The position numbers were made by a program, and so were the translations under genes. The notes under the pieces were generated by a model. The model worked only from the letters and a program-made list of their open reading frames with translations. It was not told where the DNA came from and made no database searches. A stretch of 64,000 nt of DNA, taken from assembly GCA_013151415.1 (NCBI GenBank), contig JAADII010000169.1, forward strand, positions 2,545 to 66,544. Direction: 5' to 3'. Shown here piece after piece: positions 51,100-64,000 of this stretch (position 1 is the first letter of the stretch; each line of letters opens with the position of its first letter). This DNA comes from Chloroflexota bacterium (lineage in GTDB: Bacteria; Chloroflexota; Anaerolineae; J102).

Positions 51100-52407
51100 A
51101 TGCGGGCGGTAGATATCATCCAACGAAAACGAGACGGCGAGGAACTCAGCGCCGATGAGATCGATTTCTTCATTCAGGGTTATACGCGCGGCGATATCCC
51201 CGATTATCAGGCCGCGGCCTGGTGCATGGCGGTCTATTTTCAGGGTATGACCCATCGCGAGACCACCGACCTCACCCTGAGCATGGCGCGTTCGGGTCGT
51301 CAATTGGACCTGAGCGATGTGGCCGACGTGGTGGCCGACAAGCATTCAACCGGCGGCGTGGGAGATAAAGTGACGCTGATATTAGGGCCGATGGTGGCCG
51401 CGGCTGGGCAACCGGTGGGCAAAATGTCGGGACGAGGATTGGGCTTTTCGGGCGGCACTCTTGATAAGCTTGAATCCATTCCCGGTTGGTCGCCCGAGCT
51501 AAGCACCCAGGCGTTCAAAGAGCAGCTTCGACGTGTTGGGCTGGTGGTCGCGGGCCAAACCGAAGACCTGGCCCCGGCCGATAAGAAGCTTTACGCTCTA
51601 CGCGACGTGACGGCCACGGTCCCCAGCCTGCCCCTCATCGCCTCATCCGTCATGTCGAAAAAGCTTGCGGCCGGCGCTCATGTGATATTGCTAGATGTCA
51701 AAGTGGGCGAAGGCGCATTTATGCGCACCCTTGAGCGGGCGGTCGAATTGGCCGAAATCATGGTGGCCATTGGCAAACTCGCCGGACGAAAAGTGGCCGC
51801 GCGGGTCACCGATATGAACCAGCCCTTGGGCAGGGCCGTGGGCAACGCGTTGGAAGTGAAAGAAGCGATAGCCACGCTGCGCGGCCAAGGCCCCGACGAC
51901 CTAACCAGGCTGCTGGTGGCCGAGGCGGGGCATCTTCTACATATGTGCGGCAAAGTCGCGAGCGAGGAGGAGGGTGAGGCCAGAGCCCGCCGCACACTGG
52001 AAGATGGGCGCGCTCTGGCCAAATTTCGCGCGTTCGTCGAAGCTCAGGGCGGCGACCCAACCGTGGTGGAGAAGCCCGACCGCCTGCTGCCCAAAGCGGA
52101 TGTCGTCCGTCCTCTCCTTTCCCCGCGCGACGGATGGCTGAGTCGGGTCAACGCGCGCACGTTTGGCGAGGTGACCGTGCACCTGGGCGGAGGACGCGAA
52201 CGCAAGGGAGACCCCATTGACCACTCGGTTGGCATTGTGCTTGCGGCCAAAATTGGCGACCGCATCGAACAGGGCCAACCGCTCTGCTATATTCACGCCC
52301 GCACCGAAACCGAAGCGCAAACGGCCGCCGAAGCCCTGCTTGAAGCTTACGATTGGTCCGAAACGCCTGTCGCGCCGCCGCGGCTGATTAAGCGCACAAT
52401 CCGATGA
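51100..52407 (+). CDS. pdp: Pyrimidine-nucleoside/thymidine phosphorylase
   Basis: Motifs [29 protein letters not shown] and GNALEV. Confidence 0.95.
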   Translation: MRAVDIIQRKRDGEELSADEIDFFIQGYTRGDIPDYQAAAWCMAVYFQGMTHRETTDLTLSMARSGRQLDLSDVADVVADKHSTGGVGDKVTLILGPMVAAAGQPVGKMSGRGLGFSGGTLDKLESIPGWSPELSTQAFKEQLRRVGLVVAGQTEDLAPADKKLYALRDVTATVPSLPLIASSVMSKKLAAGAHVILLDVKVGEGAFMRTLERAVELAEIMVAIGKLAGRKVAARVTDMNQPLGRAVGNALEVKEAIATLRGQGPDDLTRLLVAEAGHLLHMCGKVASEEEGEARARRTLEDGRALAKFRAFVEAQGGDPTVVEKPDRLLPKADVVRPLLSPRDGWLSRVNARTFGEVTVHLGGGRERKGDPIDHSVGIVLAAKIGDRIEQGQPLCYIHARTETEAQTAAEALLEAYDWSETPVAPPRLIKRTIR

Positions 52408-52526
52408 AACGCTCATATCGCGCACCGGCTTCGCGCGCATGGACGAAAAAAACTTCACGCTTCTTAAAACAACTCAAACAAACACCTATCAGCCGTCTCA
52501 AGACTCAAAAAAGAGGAGAGTTCTCC

Positions 52527-53714
52527 ATGATGGAGACACACAGTGCAGTCATCATTTCTGGCGCTCGAACGCCCATCGGCAAATTCAACGGCAGCTTCAA
52601 GGATGTTCCAGCCCCTGTATTGGGGGGCTACGCGATTCGGGCGGCCATCGAACGCGCCGGCATCGACGCCAATGAGATCGACGAGATATTCATGGGGCAC
52701 GTCATCCAAGCGGGAGCGGGCATGGCCCCGGCGCGACAAGCGGCGCTCCATGCAGGCGCGCCAACCAGCGTGGGGGCGGTCACCATTAACAAAGTGTGCG
52801 GCTCGGGACTGCGCGCGGTGATGATGGCCGCCAGCGCAATTCGCGGAGGTGAAGGTCGACTCTATGTGGCCGGCGGCATGGAGAATATGAACCTGGGGCC
52901 TTATTTGATCCCCCGCGCGCGATTTGGCTATCGTCTCGGCAACGCGGAAATCATCGACGCCACCGTATACGACGGACTGACCGATCCCATTCATCACCAT
53001 CATATGGGCGCGTCGGCCGAATGGCTGGCCGAAACTTTTGGGGTGAGTCGACAGGCGCAAGACCAGTTCGCCTTACAAAGTCATCGACGCGCGGCCGCAG
53101 CCATCGATGCTGGTCGTCTGTCCGCGGAAATTACGCCAGTGGTCGTGCCCAGCGGCAAAGGGGAGACATATGTTCGCGAGGATGAACCTGTGCGTCGCGA
53201 CACCAGTCTGGAAAAGCTGGCGCGGTTGCGGCCCGTGTTCAAGGAAAATGGCACAGTCACTGCGGGCAACGCGCCGCCCATCACCGACGGAGCGGCCGCT
53301 CTGGTAATCATGGAAGAAATCGCGGCTCGCGCCGAAGGGCTGAATCCAATGGCTCGCATCGTCGCCTATGGTTATCACGCCGTCGAGCCCTTGAAGCTTT
53401 TCACCGCGCCGCCATACGCGGTGCGCAAAGTGTTGGAAAAGGCGGGATGGCGCATCGAAGATGTGGATCTGTTCGAGATCAATGAAGCCTTCGCCGCGCA
53501 AATGGTGCACAACATTCGCGACTTGGGCGTGGATCCGGCCAAAGTCAATGTAAATGGAGGAGCCATTGCTTTAGGACATCCACTGGGCGCAAGCGGCGCG
53601 CGCGTGTTGGTCACATTGCTCTACGCATTGCAAGACCGAGGACTTCGTCGCGGCGTGGCTGCGCTTTGCCTGGGCGGCGGCGAGGCCGTCGCCATGGCCA
53701 TTGAAATGATCTGA
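52527..53714 (+). CDS. Acetyl-CoA C-acetyltransferase (thiolase)
   Basis: Motifs NKVCGSG, NEAFA, GHPLGASG and CLGGG. Confidence 0.95.
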   Translation: MMETHSAVIISGARTPIGKFNGSFKDVPAPVLGGYAIRAAIERAGIDANEIDEIFMGHVIQAGAGMAPARQAALHAGAPTSVGAVTINKVCGSGLRAVMMAASAIRGGEGRLYVAGGMENMNLGPYLIPRARFGYRLGNAEIIDATVYDGLTDPIHHHHMGASAEWLAETFGVSRQAQDQFALQSHRRAAAAIDAGRLSAEITPVVVPSGKGETYVREDEPVRRDTSLEKLARLRPVFKENGTVTAGNAPPITDGAAALVIMEEIAARAEGLNPMARIVAYGYHAVEPLKLFTAPPYAVRKVLEKAGWRIEDVDLFEINEAFAAQMVHNIRDLGVDPAKVNVNGGAIALGHPLGASGARVLVTLLYALQDRGLRRGVAALCLGGGEAVAMAIEMI

Positions 53715-53772
53715 CGAACCGTGCATCACGACCTATCCGGCCAACTTCACACGCTATCTGCAAAAGCCGCGT

Positions 53773-54594
53773 ATGCATGAAACATTGCCCATCGCCATCG
53801 TCTTGCCCCATGCCGGCCAACGCATCCCGCAAGAGGTCGAAAACCGACTGGCATTGAGCGAAGTCGATATTTTCAATGAAGCCGACATTTACACCGAGAT
53901 GCTGTTCGATTTTCGAGAGCGCGTGCGTCATTGGCTATACTTTCCTTATGCGCGGGCCGTCATCGATGTAAACCGACCCGACAACAAGGCCCTAACGCGA
54001 CCGGGCGATGGCATTGTCAAGCGCATCACCAGTTATAGAAAGCCGGTCTACCGTTGCGGCAAGGAGCCCGACGCCGAATTGGAAAAGGCGCTGATCGAAC
54101 GCTACTGGCGACCCTGGCATCAACGGTTGGCCGAGCTGGCGCGCGACTCGAATATCAAGTTGGTGCTCGATTGCCACAGCATGGCCGCAGTTGGTCCCAA
54201 ACACTATGATGACCCGAACGCATTGCGGCCGCGCGCCTGCGTAAGCAACCTGGGAGACGCCAACGGCGAAATGGAGGAACAACGGGCCCGGTTATCGTCG
54301 CGGCCCGATGCCGCGCGCACCCTGGCGGCAGCACTGGCCGCGGTTCTGGCCGACGCGCCCGCGCTCGCCCGCACCGGCGAACCGGTTCGCATCAATTCCC
54401 CTTTTCGGGGCGGTTGGGATATCTGGGCGCATGGCGGCCGACATCAGGCCTGGTTCATGTTGGAGATCAGCCGAGCGCTATATGTGGGCGAGCAAAACGC
54501 CCACACCCCGGTGCGGCCGCCAAACCTGGAGCGCCTTGCCGACCTGCGCGAGCGAATTTGGAAAGCCATTGTAACCGCATACGAGCGCTTGTAA
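53773..54594 (+). CDS. N-formylglutamate amidohydrolase family
   Basis: Motifs PHAG, RAVIDVNR, PWH, DCHSM, NSPFRGG and EISR. Confidence 0.88.
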   Translation: MHETLPIAIVLPHAGQRIPQEVENRLALSEVDIFNEADIYTEMLFDFRERVRHWLYFPYARAVIDVNRPDNKALTRPGDGIVKRITSYRKPVYRCGKEPDAELEKALIERYWRPWHQRLAELARDSNIKLVLDCHSMAAVGPKHYDDPNALRPRACVSNLGDANGEMEEQRARLSSRPDAARTLAAALAAVLADAPALARTGEPVRINSPFRGGWDIWAHGGRHQAWFMLEISRALYVGEQNAHTPVRPPNLERLADLRERIWKAIVTAYERL

Positions 54595-54614
54595 AGCTCT
54601 CCCGTCCATTCCTG

Positions 54615-55364
54615 ATGCCTCACCTCACCCTCACCACACACAGCGTCTATTTTGAAAGCCGGGGCGAAGGCCCGCCCGTTGTCTTGCTCCATCATGCCAC
54701 GGCGTCTTCGAGCAATTGGCGCAAACAAATTCCGGCGCTGGTGCAAGCCGGTTTCCGGGCCATTGTCTACGACCGCCGCGGTTTTGGACGATCCGACCCG
54801 TGGCCGCGCTGGCCGCTGGATTATCATCAACACGGCGTGAAGGAGTTGGTCGCGCTGATGGACGCACTGGCCATTGATCGCGCGCATCTGGTGGGGCACA
54901 GCGACGGCGCCACCATCAGCCTGATGACGGCCGCGCAGCATGCCCATCGCGTGGCCGCGGTTGTGGCCGAAGCCCCGCATATGTGGATCGAACCAGACTG
55001 GCTGGATAGCGGATTCGAGACCTTCCGACAAACCGTGGGCCGTTCAGAACGCTTTTGGGCTGCATTGCGCCGCGACCACGGCGATCGGGCGGAAGAAGTG
55101 GTCGAACGTTGGCGCGGCCGTTGGCTAGACCCGGCCTTCCGCTCGTGGGATGTAAGCGAGTATCTGCCGCGCATCGCTTGCCCGGTGCTGGTGATTCATG
55201 GCGCGCAAGATGTTTTTTTCCCCATATCTCATAGCCAAACCATCGCCGAAGCCATCCCCCAAAGCGAATTTTGGCTCTTGGAGGACGCCGGACACACGCC
55301 GCATCTCGAAAAGACCGAATTATTCACTCAACGGCTAATCGCCTTCTTGCGCCATGTTTCATAG
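54615..55364 (+). CDS. Alpha/beta hydrolase
   Basis: Motifs YDRRGFGRS, GHSDG, HGAQD and GHTPH. Confidence 0.9.
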   Translation: MPHLTLTTHSVYFESRGEGPPVVLLHHATASSSNWRKQIPALVQAGFRAIVYDRRGFGRSDPWPRWPLDYHQHGVKELVALMDALAIDRAHLVGHSDGATISLMTAAQHAHRVAAVVAEAPHMWIEPDWLDSGFETFRQTVGRSERFWAALRRDHGDRAEEVVERWRGRWLDPAFRSWDVSEYLPRIACPVLVIHGAQDVFFPISHSQTIAEAIPQSEFWLLEDAGHTPHLEKTELFTQRLIAFLRHVS

Positions 55365-55461
55365 CGGTTTTGGCCGCGCATGCGTTTCGAGACCGAAACA
55401 ACATGCCACAGAGCCTGATCGATAGCGCACAGGTTGCGCGCGTGTTTGCTGAAACATAACC

Positions 55462-56280
55462 ATGCCTTTTATTGATACAACACGAGGACGGTTTTTCTAC
55501 CGGCTCGCTACGGGAACGGACCCAACGCTCATTTTCCTACACGGAAACCTGGGAAACTCGCTTTGGTGGCGGCCTGTGCTTGATTTGCTGCCCGAGGGTT
55601 GGCGCGGCATTGCTTACGACGCCATCGGTTTCGGACATTCCGAACGCACAAACCTCTGGGATCGCTATACGATTCCGGCCCTGGCGGCGGATTTGGCGGC
55701 CCTGCTCGAAGCGCTGGTCGCGACGCGCGTGCATTTGGTGGCGCACAGCACATCCGCGCCCGTGGCTTTGGAATTCGCGTGGACTCATCCCACGCGCGTG
55801 GCCACCCTAACGCTGGTGGGGCCTCCGCCCGCAAGCGGGAGCCAAACTCCGGCTGAAGCTTTTCCCTTGCTCGAACGCCTGCCTCGCGATGCTCAAATGC
55901 TCAAACGAGCGTTGGCTGCATCTGCGCCCAGTCTCGATCCCGAATCCCCTCGATTCGCCCAATTGATGGAGGAGGCCGCGAAGATCGACGGCATGGCTCT
56001 GGTGGCCATTGCTCGCGGGCTCGACGCCTGGGAGCCGGGCGAGCGTCTGCGCGAGCTAACCCTGCCCGTGTTGCTGGTGCGCGGGGAAAAGGATATTATG
56101 CTCGACGAGGAGGAGGCTCACCACACCCTGCTTAGCATTCCCGGAGCCAATCATTTGGAAGTCTTTCGCTCGGTGGGCCATAGCCCAATGCTCGAGACTC
56201 CAAACGCGTTCACCGAGGCCTTGGTTGCGTTCATCGCCGAAGATTGGGAATATTACGAGGCTGCGAAATCCGCGCTCTGA
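55462..56280 (+). CDS. Alpha/beta hydrolase
   Basis: Motifs HGN, DAIGFGHS, AHSTS (non-canonical elbow), GEKD and GHSP. Confidence 0.88.
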   Translation: MPFIDTTRGRFFYRLATGTDPTLIFLHGNLGNSLWWRPVLDLLPEGWRGIAYDAIGFGHSERTNLWDRYTIPALAADLAALLEALVATRVHLVAHSTSAPVALEFAWTHPTRVATLTLVGPPPASGSQTPAEAFPLLERLPRDAQMLKRALAASAPSLDPESPRFAQLMEEAAKIDGMALVAIARGLDAWEPGERLRELTLPVLLVRGEKDIMLDEEEAHHTLLSIPGANHLEVFRSVGHSPMLETPNAFTEALVAFIAEDWEYYEAAKSAL

Positions 56281-56398
56281 GCGATTGCCACCCGTTTCTA
56301 TTCACGACGCGCCTCACACCTGGGGAGAAGAGGGGAAGATAAAAAGGCCCCTTACTACATATTCACACCGAACCGAGAGCAACGCGCGTCGCGGGCCG

Positions 56399-57331
56399 CT
56401 ATCCATAACGCGCAAAGTCGAGCAATTCGTTTAGATCGCAAGTGGCCAGACCAATGACATGATCGCCGCCCCCATAAAATACGTAAACCCGACCATCGAC
56501 CACGGGATTGGCGCAAGAGAAGACAACATTGGGCACATCGCCGCGCAATTCCCACAATTCTTCCGGTTCGAAAATGGGCTCGCGCGGTCGATTGATAACC
56601 TGTGTGGGGTCCTCTAAATCGACCAGACAGACGCCAAATTTATAGATTCGGTCTTCGTTGTATCCATGATTGATGAGCAGCCACCCATGTTCGGTTTCGA
56701 TGGGGACGCCATTGCCACCCACGCTCTTGCTGTCCCAAGCCATTGGATCGTCGGAGCGAGGTCCGTAGACCATGGCCATGTCCTCCTCGCGCCAGGTCAA
56801 CAGATCATCCGAATAGGCGATCCAGACATTGGGCCAGCGACGATGCAATGCGGCGAAACGTCCATTGATCTTACGAGGGAAGAGCGCGTGATCTTTGTTG
56901 TTTTCTCCGCGCACAATGGGGCCGATGGGCTCCCAAACAATAAGATTGCGACTACGCGCGATCATGGGCAGAATGCCGCCGCCTAGATGCGTGGGTTCGC
57001 CCTTGCCGGTGAAAGTGCGGCCATAGGCCGTGTAACACATATAAAAAACGCCGTCGATTTCCGTCACGCGCGGGTCCTCAATCCCGCGCGAGTCGGTCCC
57101 GTCATCGTCAAAAGGCGCCAACACCGGCTCGCGCATGCGATTCCAACGCACCCCATCCTCGCTCACCGCGTAGCCTATTCGGCTGATCCAATCCAAGCCT
57201 TGGGCGCGATAGTGCATATGAAAGAGACCGTTATGATAAATGACCGCAGGGTTGAAGACGTTGTAGCATTCCCAATCAGAGGTGGGATCGGGGAGAAAGA
57301 TAGGTTGGGAGGAATAGCGTTTCAGTTTCAT
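56399..57331 (-). CDS. GH130 glycoside hydrolase/phosphorylase
   Basis: Motifs [30 protein letters not shown] and YGGGD. Confidence 0.9.
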   Translation of the reverse strand: MKLKRYSSQPIFLPDPTSDWECYNVFNPAVIYHNGLFHMHYRAQGLDWISRIGYAVSEDGVRWNRMREPVLAPFDDDGTDSRGIEDPRVTEIDGVFYMCYTAYGRTFTGKGEPTHLGGGILPMIARSRNLIVWEPIGPIVRGENNKDHALFPRKINGRFAALHRRWPNVWIAYSDDLLTWREEDMAMVYGPRSDDPMAWDSKSVGGNGVPIETEHGWLLINHGYNEDRIYKFGVCLVDLEDPTQVINRPREPIFEPEELWELRGDVPNVVFSCANPVVDGRVYVFYGGGDHVIGLATCDLNELLDFARYG

Positions 57332-57457
57332 GACCGGGAACAATGCGATAGGAAAGCTGGGGCGCGAGCGTCCGACTTGATTCGTCTTATCGGGCAGCAC
57401 AAAAGAAAAGCGTTCTCGTGCATCTCGAAGCGTCGCTTCTCAAGATGCATGACGCGC

Positions 57458-59383
57458 TTAGAAAAACGGGCCGAAGAAACGGTATGTCACCAAACTAAAG
57501 GCTGCGAGATAGGCAACAGGGTAGAGCCAAATGGTGTAGTTATCGACAGTTTGAACAAAACCGGTTTTTTCGGCCTGCTCCAAACGCTTGAGCGCCACAT
57601 TGAATAGCACCACAAAAACGCTGATGGCGAAGGTTGTCGTGAGCAGCGTGTCCAGGTAGGTGAGATAGCCAAGCCGCGGGAGATCATCAGAAATGGTGAA
57701 ATTGAAGGCGATAAATAGCAGGAGATTGGCGCTGGTCACATCCACCCGCTTGTTGTAATCCTTGAGAAAGAAAGTGATCCATGACACAAGAATAATCAAT
57801 AAAAGAGGAATGAAAATGCGAAAAATATAGAAATTCAAGTGGCGTCGCATGTTGAAATCGAAGGAGTAGCGCGAGCTCAACGCCTGAGTGGTGGCAATGG
57901 TGGTGGTCACGCTGGCGCTGCTTTCAACAATATACCACTCTTCCTCTCCAAGCTGATCGCCAATCTGGGTGAATTCTGCATCATTTTCAAAGACATAGAA
58001 TTCGGCTGGAAATAAGGAGTCGACGCGAATGAAGAAATGTTGAATATCAAAGGGAAATTGCTTGAAGTTGAAATCAGGAGCCTGGAAAGTGGTGGTGAAA
58101 CGCTCGATGTAAATCGCCCGACCTGTTGGATAAACCACCACGGCTCGATTTTGCACCCAACGATTGCCCTGCTGATTGAACAACGTGAATTCCGGCCACT
58201 TTCCCTCGGCCTCTTGAATGAATTGATTGAACGAGTTGGCGGTGAAAAGCTTGAACTGACAATCGCATGTATCGGGGCTGAAGGCGAGCGCGGGATCGAT
58301 CCATTCCATGCGTAAAGTGGCGACGGCGTCGAAATTTTCGGCCTTCTGGTCTACATTGGTGATCTGCTGTAAACGAATGCCGATTTTGACGGGAATGGGC
58401 GTGTTGAGCACAGGTGAACCCTGGGTTTGAGCCTGGCCATTCAGCACATCAGGCGCGTTCACCCCCACCAACAACCGATATTCTACGGGCGCATCGTCGC
58501 TCTCGCGACAGCAGGCTGTCACGGTCAACTGATAGCCCCGTCCACCCTCATCGAAGACGTATTCCAAAACGGCCGTCTGGGTCGCTCCGCCAAAATTGCC
58601 GCTGGCCACTGGTTTGCCGCCAAAATCGGAGAGCACCAAAGTGGGCCGAAAATCGCCGGAAAGCGGCTCCGCAAAAACATAGAGCGCGTCGCCGGCTTCG
58701 AGAGGGCGCACATCAAAAAAGGTGGAGAAGGAAGGCGGCGAAAGCCTTCCTCGCAGTTCTTGCACGCGCGAGCGGCCGGATGCGTCCGCCAATTGAAGCG
58801 CAATGATTTCATCGCCGGTCGCTTGCGCCTCTCCCGTGAGAACGGCGGGCTCATTGATCCCCACCGTCAGCCGGAAACGGCCAAAGCTTTCATGGAAAGG
58901 CGATCCTGTGACGAGCAGCCAATAGTCACCAGATTCAGAAAAAGTATGGCTTAACGACGCCGCGTATCCCGGCCCACCGTCATCGTCCCAGGCGATAAAA
59001 TTGTCGGAGGCGAAAGAATCGAGCATGGCGATGGGGTCTTGACCCTCGGCCAGGGCCCGCCTCACCAATTGCTCGAACTCTTCGCCCAGTTGTCCTTGCA
59101 AATTGCGCTCGACCAAGCCAACAAAGGGATCAAAATTGCCATCGAGGGTCTCCACCCTCACATACAAAGTCTCGCCCGCTTGAATATCGGACAACCGATA
59201 CCACGCGGCTTCATGCGCGGCCAGCTCATGGGTGATGATCTGCACACGCGGCGCGGACTGAGCCCCGGCCCGCAGGGAAAAGCCAAGGCCCGCTATCAGA
59301 GCGAAGACGAGGGAAAGCAGCAAAGAAGAACGGCGCGAAATCACTTGCGATTTCGCCTGGGACAAGCATGAAACGACGTACAC
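57458..59383 (-). CDS. Pentameric ligand-gated ion channel (DeCLIC-like) with extra N-terminal beta-sandwich domains
   Basis: AGGAGG-5nt-GTG start and signal helix. Extracellular domain PVKIGI...W-x-DPAL...FPFD-x-Q; M1 YIFRIFIPL; M2-M3 NLLLFIAFNFTISDDLPRLGYLT; M4 IWLYPVAYL. Confidence 0.92.
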   Translation of the reverse strand: MYVVSCLSQAKSQVISRRSSLLLSLVFALIAGLGFSLRAGAQSAPRVQIITHELAAHEAAWYRLSDIQAGETLYVRVETLDGNFDPFVGLVERNLQGQLGEEFEQLVRRALAEGQDPIAMLDSFASDNFIAWDDDGGPGYAASLSHTFSESGDYWLLVTGSPFHESFGRFRLTVGINEPAVLTGEAQATGDEIIALQLADASGRSRVQELRGRLSPPSFSTFFDVRPLEAGDALYVFAEPLSGDFRPTLVLSDFGGKPVASGNFGGATQTAVLEYVFDEGGRGYQLTVTACCRESDDAPVEYRLLVGVNAPDVLNGQAQTQGSPVLNTPIPVKIGIRLQQITNVDQKAENFDAVATLRMEWIDPALAFSPDTCDCQFKLFTANSFNQFIQEAEGKWPEFTLFNQQGNRWVQNRAVVVYPTGRAIYIERFTTTFQAPDFNFKQFPFDIQHFFIRVDSLFPAEFYVFENDAEFTQIGDQLGEEEWYIVESSASVTTTIATTQALSSRYSFDFNMRRHLNFYIFRIFIPLLLIILVSWITFFLKDYNKRVDVTSANLLLFIAFNFTISDDLPRLGYLTYLDTLLTTTFAISVFVVLFNVALKRLEQAEKTGFVQTVDNYTIWLYPVAYLAAFSLVTYRFFGPFF

Positions 59384-59614
59384 GAGAGCCTCCTGCTGAG
59401 GGATGAAGGGGAGCCTGATTGTACTATGAGTGCGGATTTTTTGCGATCTTAATAGCACATAAGGATTGAAGCGTATGGACAACGCACCATCTCTTATTCT
59501 TCACCCACGGTTCTCTTACATTATGCAAACTTTTCTATGGTAGGGTGGTAGTGTTAAAGTAAACGAGAATAGGCAAACAAGCATAACGATCATCCCCCCA
59601 CTTCTGAGGAAATC

Positions 59615-60397
59615 ATGAATGGATACTTCGATCCTTTGGGCCGACCAACGCGGCCGCCCACCATCGGCGAATTCAACCAGCTGCTACGCGCTTATCGAAA
59701 ACTGAAGGAACAAAACGAAAAGCTGGTCGCGCTTATCAAGGAATATGAGAAAGAGCTGCCTAAAATGCGCGCCGAGGTGGATCAGGCCAAGGCCGAAACC
59801 GATAAACTCCGGTCGCAACTTCGCCAGACCAACGCCGACCTGGCCGAAGCGCGACGCGAGATGACGGAATGGCGTAGACAATTGGAAGAATACAAACGAG
59901 AATTAGAGCAGTATAAAACGCAACTCCGCGAGGCTGCGCCGCCTGAAAACGAGACCGACTGGCGCGAAGGTTATCTGCGACTGCGCGCGGACATGGAAAA
60001 CTACCGACGCCGACAAGCGCAGCGTTTTGAACAGGTTGCACAAGAACACCAGCAACGCATATTGCTCGACATGCTGCCCCTGGCCGATCATTTGGAAATG
60101 GGTTTGCAACATTTGCAAGAGGATGAGGCCGACGACGCCGCAACGCTTCTAAACAATTATCAGGCCAATATTCAAGCCACTTTGCAAGCATTTTTGGATG
60201 CCCTAAAGCGCTACGGCGTTGAACCCATTGCGGCCCAAGGCGAACCCTTTGATCCAGAATTTCATGAGGCCGTGGGGCAAATTTCCAGCGACGACATTCC
60301 CGAAGGCCATGTCGCCCAAGTGCTTCAAACAGGCTACACCATGAATGGGCGGCTCTTGCGGCCTGCGCGGGTGTTGGTCAGTCGCGGGAAAGAGTGA
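59615..60397 (+). CDS. grpE: Nucleotide exchange factor GrpE with extended N-terminal coiled coil
   Basis: Motifs [24 protein letters not shown] and GY....[10 protein letters not shown]. Confidence 0.9.
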   Translation: MNGYFDPLGRPTRPPTIGEFNQLLRAYRKLKEQNEKLVALIKEYEKELPKMRAEVDQAKAETDKLRSQLRQTNADLAEARREMTEWRRQLEEYKRELEQYKTQLREAAPPENETDWREGYLRLRADMENYRRRQAQRFEQVAQEHQQRILLDMLPLADHLEMGLQHLQEDEADDAATLLNNYQANIQATLQAFLDALKRYGVEPIAAQGEPFDPEFHEAVGQISSDDIPEGHVAQVLQTGYTMNGRLLRPARVLVSRGKE

Positions 60398-60405
60398 GGA
60401 GGCCA

Positions 60406-61380
60406 ATGGAATACAAGGATTACTATAAAATTCTAGGCGTACCCAAAAACGCGGACGAAAAAACCATCAAACAAGCATATCGTAAACTCGCTCGCACCCT
60501 TCATCCCGACGTGAACCCCGGCGACCCGGAGGCCGAACGCAAGTTCAAAGAGGTCAATGAAGCCTACACCGTGCTCTCGGATCCGGAAAAACGCAAGATG
60601 TACGATCGTTTCGGCGCGCAATGGGAGCAGTATCAGCGCGCGGGCATGAGCCCGGATGCTGCGGGCGCAGGCGCAGGGCCTTCGGGCGCGTACACGCGCA
60701 CCATTACGCCGGAAGAGTTCGAAGAAATCTTTGGCCGAGGCTTCGGCGGATTTTACACCTCGCCCGATATGGGCGGCGTCGGCGGTGATTTCTCCGAGTT
60801 TTTCGATGCGCTCTTCGGCGGCGGCTTTGGCGCGCGCAGAGCCCAACGCGCGCGGCAACCGCGACGCGGTCGCAATATCGAGGCCAATGTCGAGATATCG
60901 CTGGAAGAGGCTTTTCGCGGCGCGACGCGTCTTTTCCAAAAGGACGATGGTCAACGCATCGAGGTGAAAATCCCGCGCGGCGCCGACACCGGCTCACGCG
61001 TGCGCGTCAGCGGCCAGGGCGCGCCCGGCGTCAACGGCGGCCCGCCCGGCGACTTATACCTAAACATTACAGTGCGCCCACACCCCATCTTTCGTCGCGA
61101 GGGCGACAACTTGCGCGTGAAGATTCCGGTGGACCTCTACACGGCCATCCTCGGCGGCGAGGTGCAGGTTCCCACGCTCGAACGACCCGTCATGCTCAAA
61201 ATTCCCGCGGGCACGCAAAACGGCCGCGTGTTCCGGTTGCGCGGGCTGGGCATGCCCAACTTGCGCAATCCCGATAAACGCGGGGATCTCTTGGCCGAAG
61301 TGGAGGTGAAGTTGCCCACAAAACTCACGCCTGAACAACGCCGACTATTCGAACAATTACGCGACATGGCCGCCGGATGA
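60406..61380 (+). CDS. cbpA: CbpA/DnaJ class B chaperone (no zinc finger)
   Basis: [13 protein letters not shown] region, DFSEFF, DnaJ C-terminal domain; no CxxCxGxG repeats. Confidence 0.85.
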   Translation: MEYKDYYKILGVPKNADEKTIKQAYRKLARTLHPDVNPGDPEAERKFKEVNEAYTVLSDPEKRKMYDRFGAQWEQYQRAGMSPDAAGAGAGPSGAYTRTITPEEFEEIFGRGFGGFYTSPDMGGVGGDFSEFFDALFGGGFGARRAQRARQPRRGRNIEANVEISLEEAFRGATRLFQKDDGQRIEVKIPRGADTGSRVRVSGQGAPGVNGGPPGDLYLNITVRPHPIFRREGDNLRVKIPVDLYTAILGGEVQVPTLERPVMLKIPAGTQNGRVFRLRGLGMPNLRNPDKRGDLLAEVEVKLPTKLTPEQRRLFEQLRDMAAG

Positions 61381-61401
61381 TGAAACCATTTTTAAGGAGT
61401 C

Positions 61402-61779
61402 ATGGAGATGGATAAAATGGTCAGCTCACTGCGAGACCACGTGATCCAAGCGCCCCCCAATGAGCCCATCTATCATCCCTCGGTCGCGGCTACATTGGCG
61501 GGATTGAGCCTCGAAGAGTTGGAGCGAGCCTGCGAAGAGGGCTTGATCACGCCCAAAGTGCGCGCGGACGGTTCGGTGGGATATACGCGTAAGGATATTT
61601 ACCAGCTCACCCGCATTCGGCGCCTGCGCGAAGATTTAGGGCTAGATTGGGATGCACTGGCCACGGTGTTGCATTTGCGCGCGCAGGTGCTGCGAATGCG
61701 ACGCGAGATTTATTTGTTGCAACGCCTCCTCGCGCTCCAGGAAGAGGAGTTCTTGAAAGCGCTGCAAACATGGATATGA
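61402..61779 (+). CDS. CbpM/HspR-like MerR-family chaperone modulator
   Basis: EEGLITP...RIRRLREDLGL...; lies directly after cbpA. Confidence 0.8.
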   Translation: MEMDKMVSSLRDHVIQAPPNEPIYHPSVAATLAGLSLEELERACEEGLITPKVRADGSVGYTRKDIYQLTRIRRLREDLGLDWDALATVLHLRAQVLRMRREIYLLQRLLALQEEEFLKALQTWI

Positions 61780-61804
61780 AGCATGGGGAGAGGAAAACGG
61801 GAAG

Positions 61805-61833
61805 TTGACAGGGGGAGGGGCTCACTTTACAAT
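61805..61833 (+). promoter_or_regulatory. Near-consensus sigma70 promoter upstream of katG
   Basis: TTGACA-17bp-TACAAT. Confidence 0.7.
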
Positions 61834-61996
61834 TATGCCGCTGGGCCGATGGCCTCAGCGGCCGCGCCTGGTCTATAAGAACTTTGCCAAGTTGCTTGAC
61901 AAATCGTCGCGTATGACGTATTGCGCCCTCTGTGTCGCGCATGCATGAGGGCTTTCTTCCGCCGCAATTTGATCCAGTGCGCATTACGTCATGTGA

Positions 61997-64000
<2,004 letters not shown>

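Noticed and set aside
59483-59614. CIRCE/HAIR heat-shock operator
   Set aside because: No TTAGCACTC-N9-GAGTGCTAA or CTTGAGT-N7-ACTCAAG match.

Overview
GC-rich bacterial chromosomal window, most likely Chloroflexota (Caldilineae/Anaerolineae-like). This assignment is inferred from C-terminal YLP-type motifs on secreted proteins, PT-rich linkers and a PurS-fused PurL. Most of the window is housekeeping or metabolic genes: purQ/purL, guaB, prmC (frameshifted), moaA, an A-type Fe-S carrier, psuG, cysS, rlmB, maeB, menC, pdp, thiolase, grpE-cbpA-cbpM and a partial katG. Accessory pieces are two toxin-antitoxin pairs, a 2320-aa GEVED/SdrD-repeat surface protein, and remnants of a GxxExxY gene and an IS3 element embedded in short tandem or palindromic repeats. 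The best candidate for an undescribed system is a locus at ~10.6-16.0 kb. It encodes a membrane-spanning TIR-STAND NTPase-FGE(CLec) receptor, an orphan membrane-anchored protein and a coiled-coil-TIR protein, and both TIR domains appear to lack the catalytic Glu, as in a receptor/adaptor pair. Also notable is a DeCLIC-like pentameric ligand-gated ion channel with extra N-terminal domains. No rRNA, tRNA or CRISPR array was seen. All family assignments are from motif recognition by eye, not database searches.
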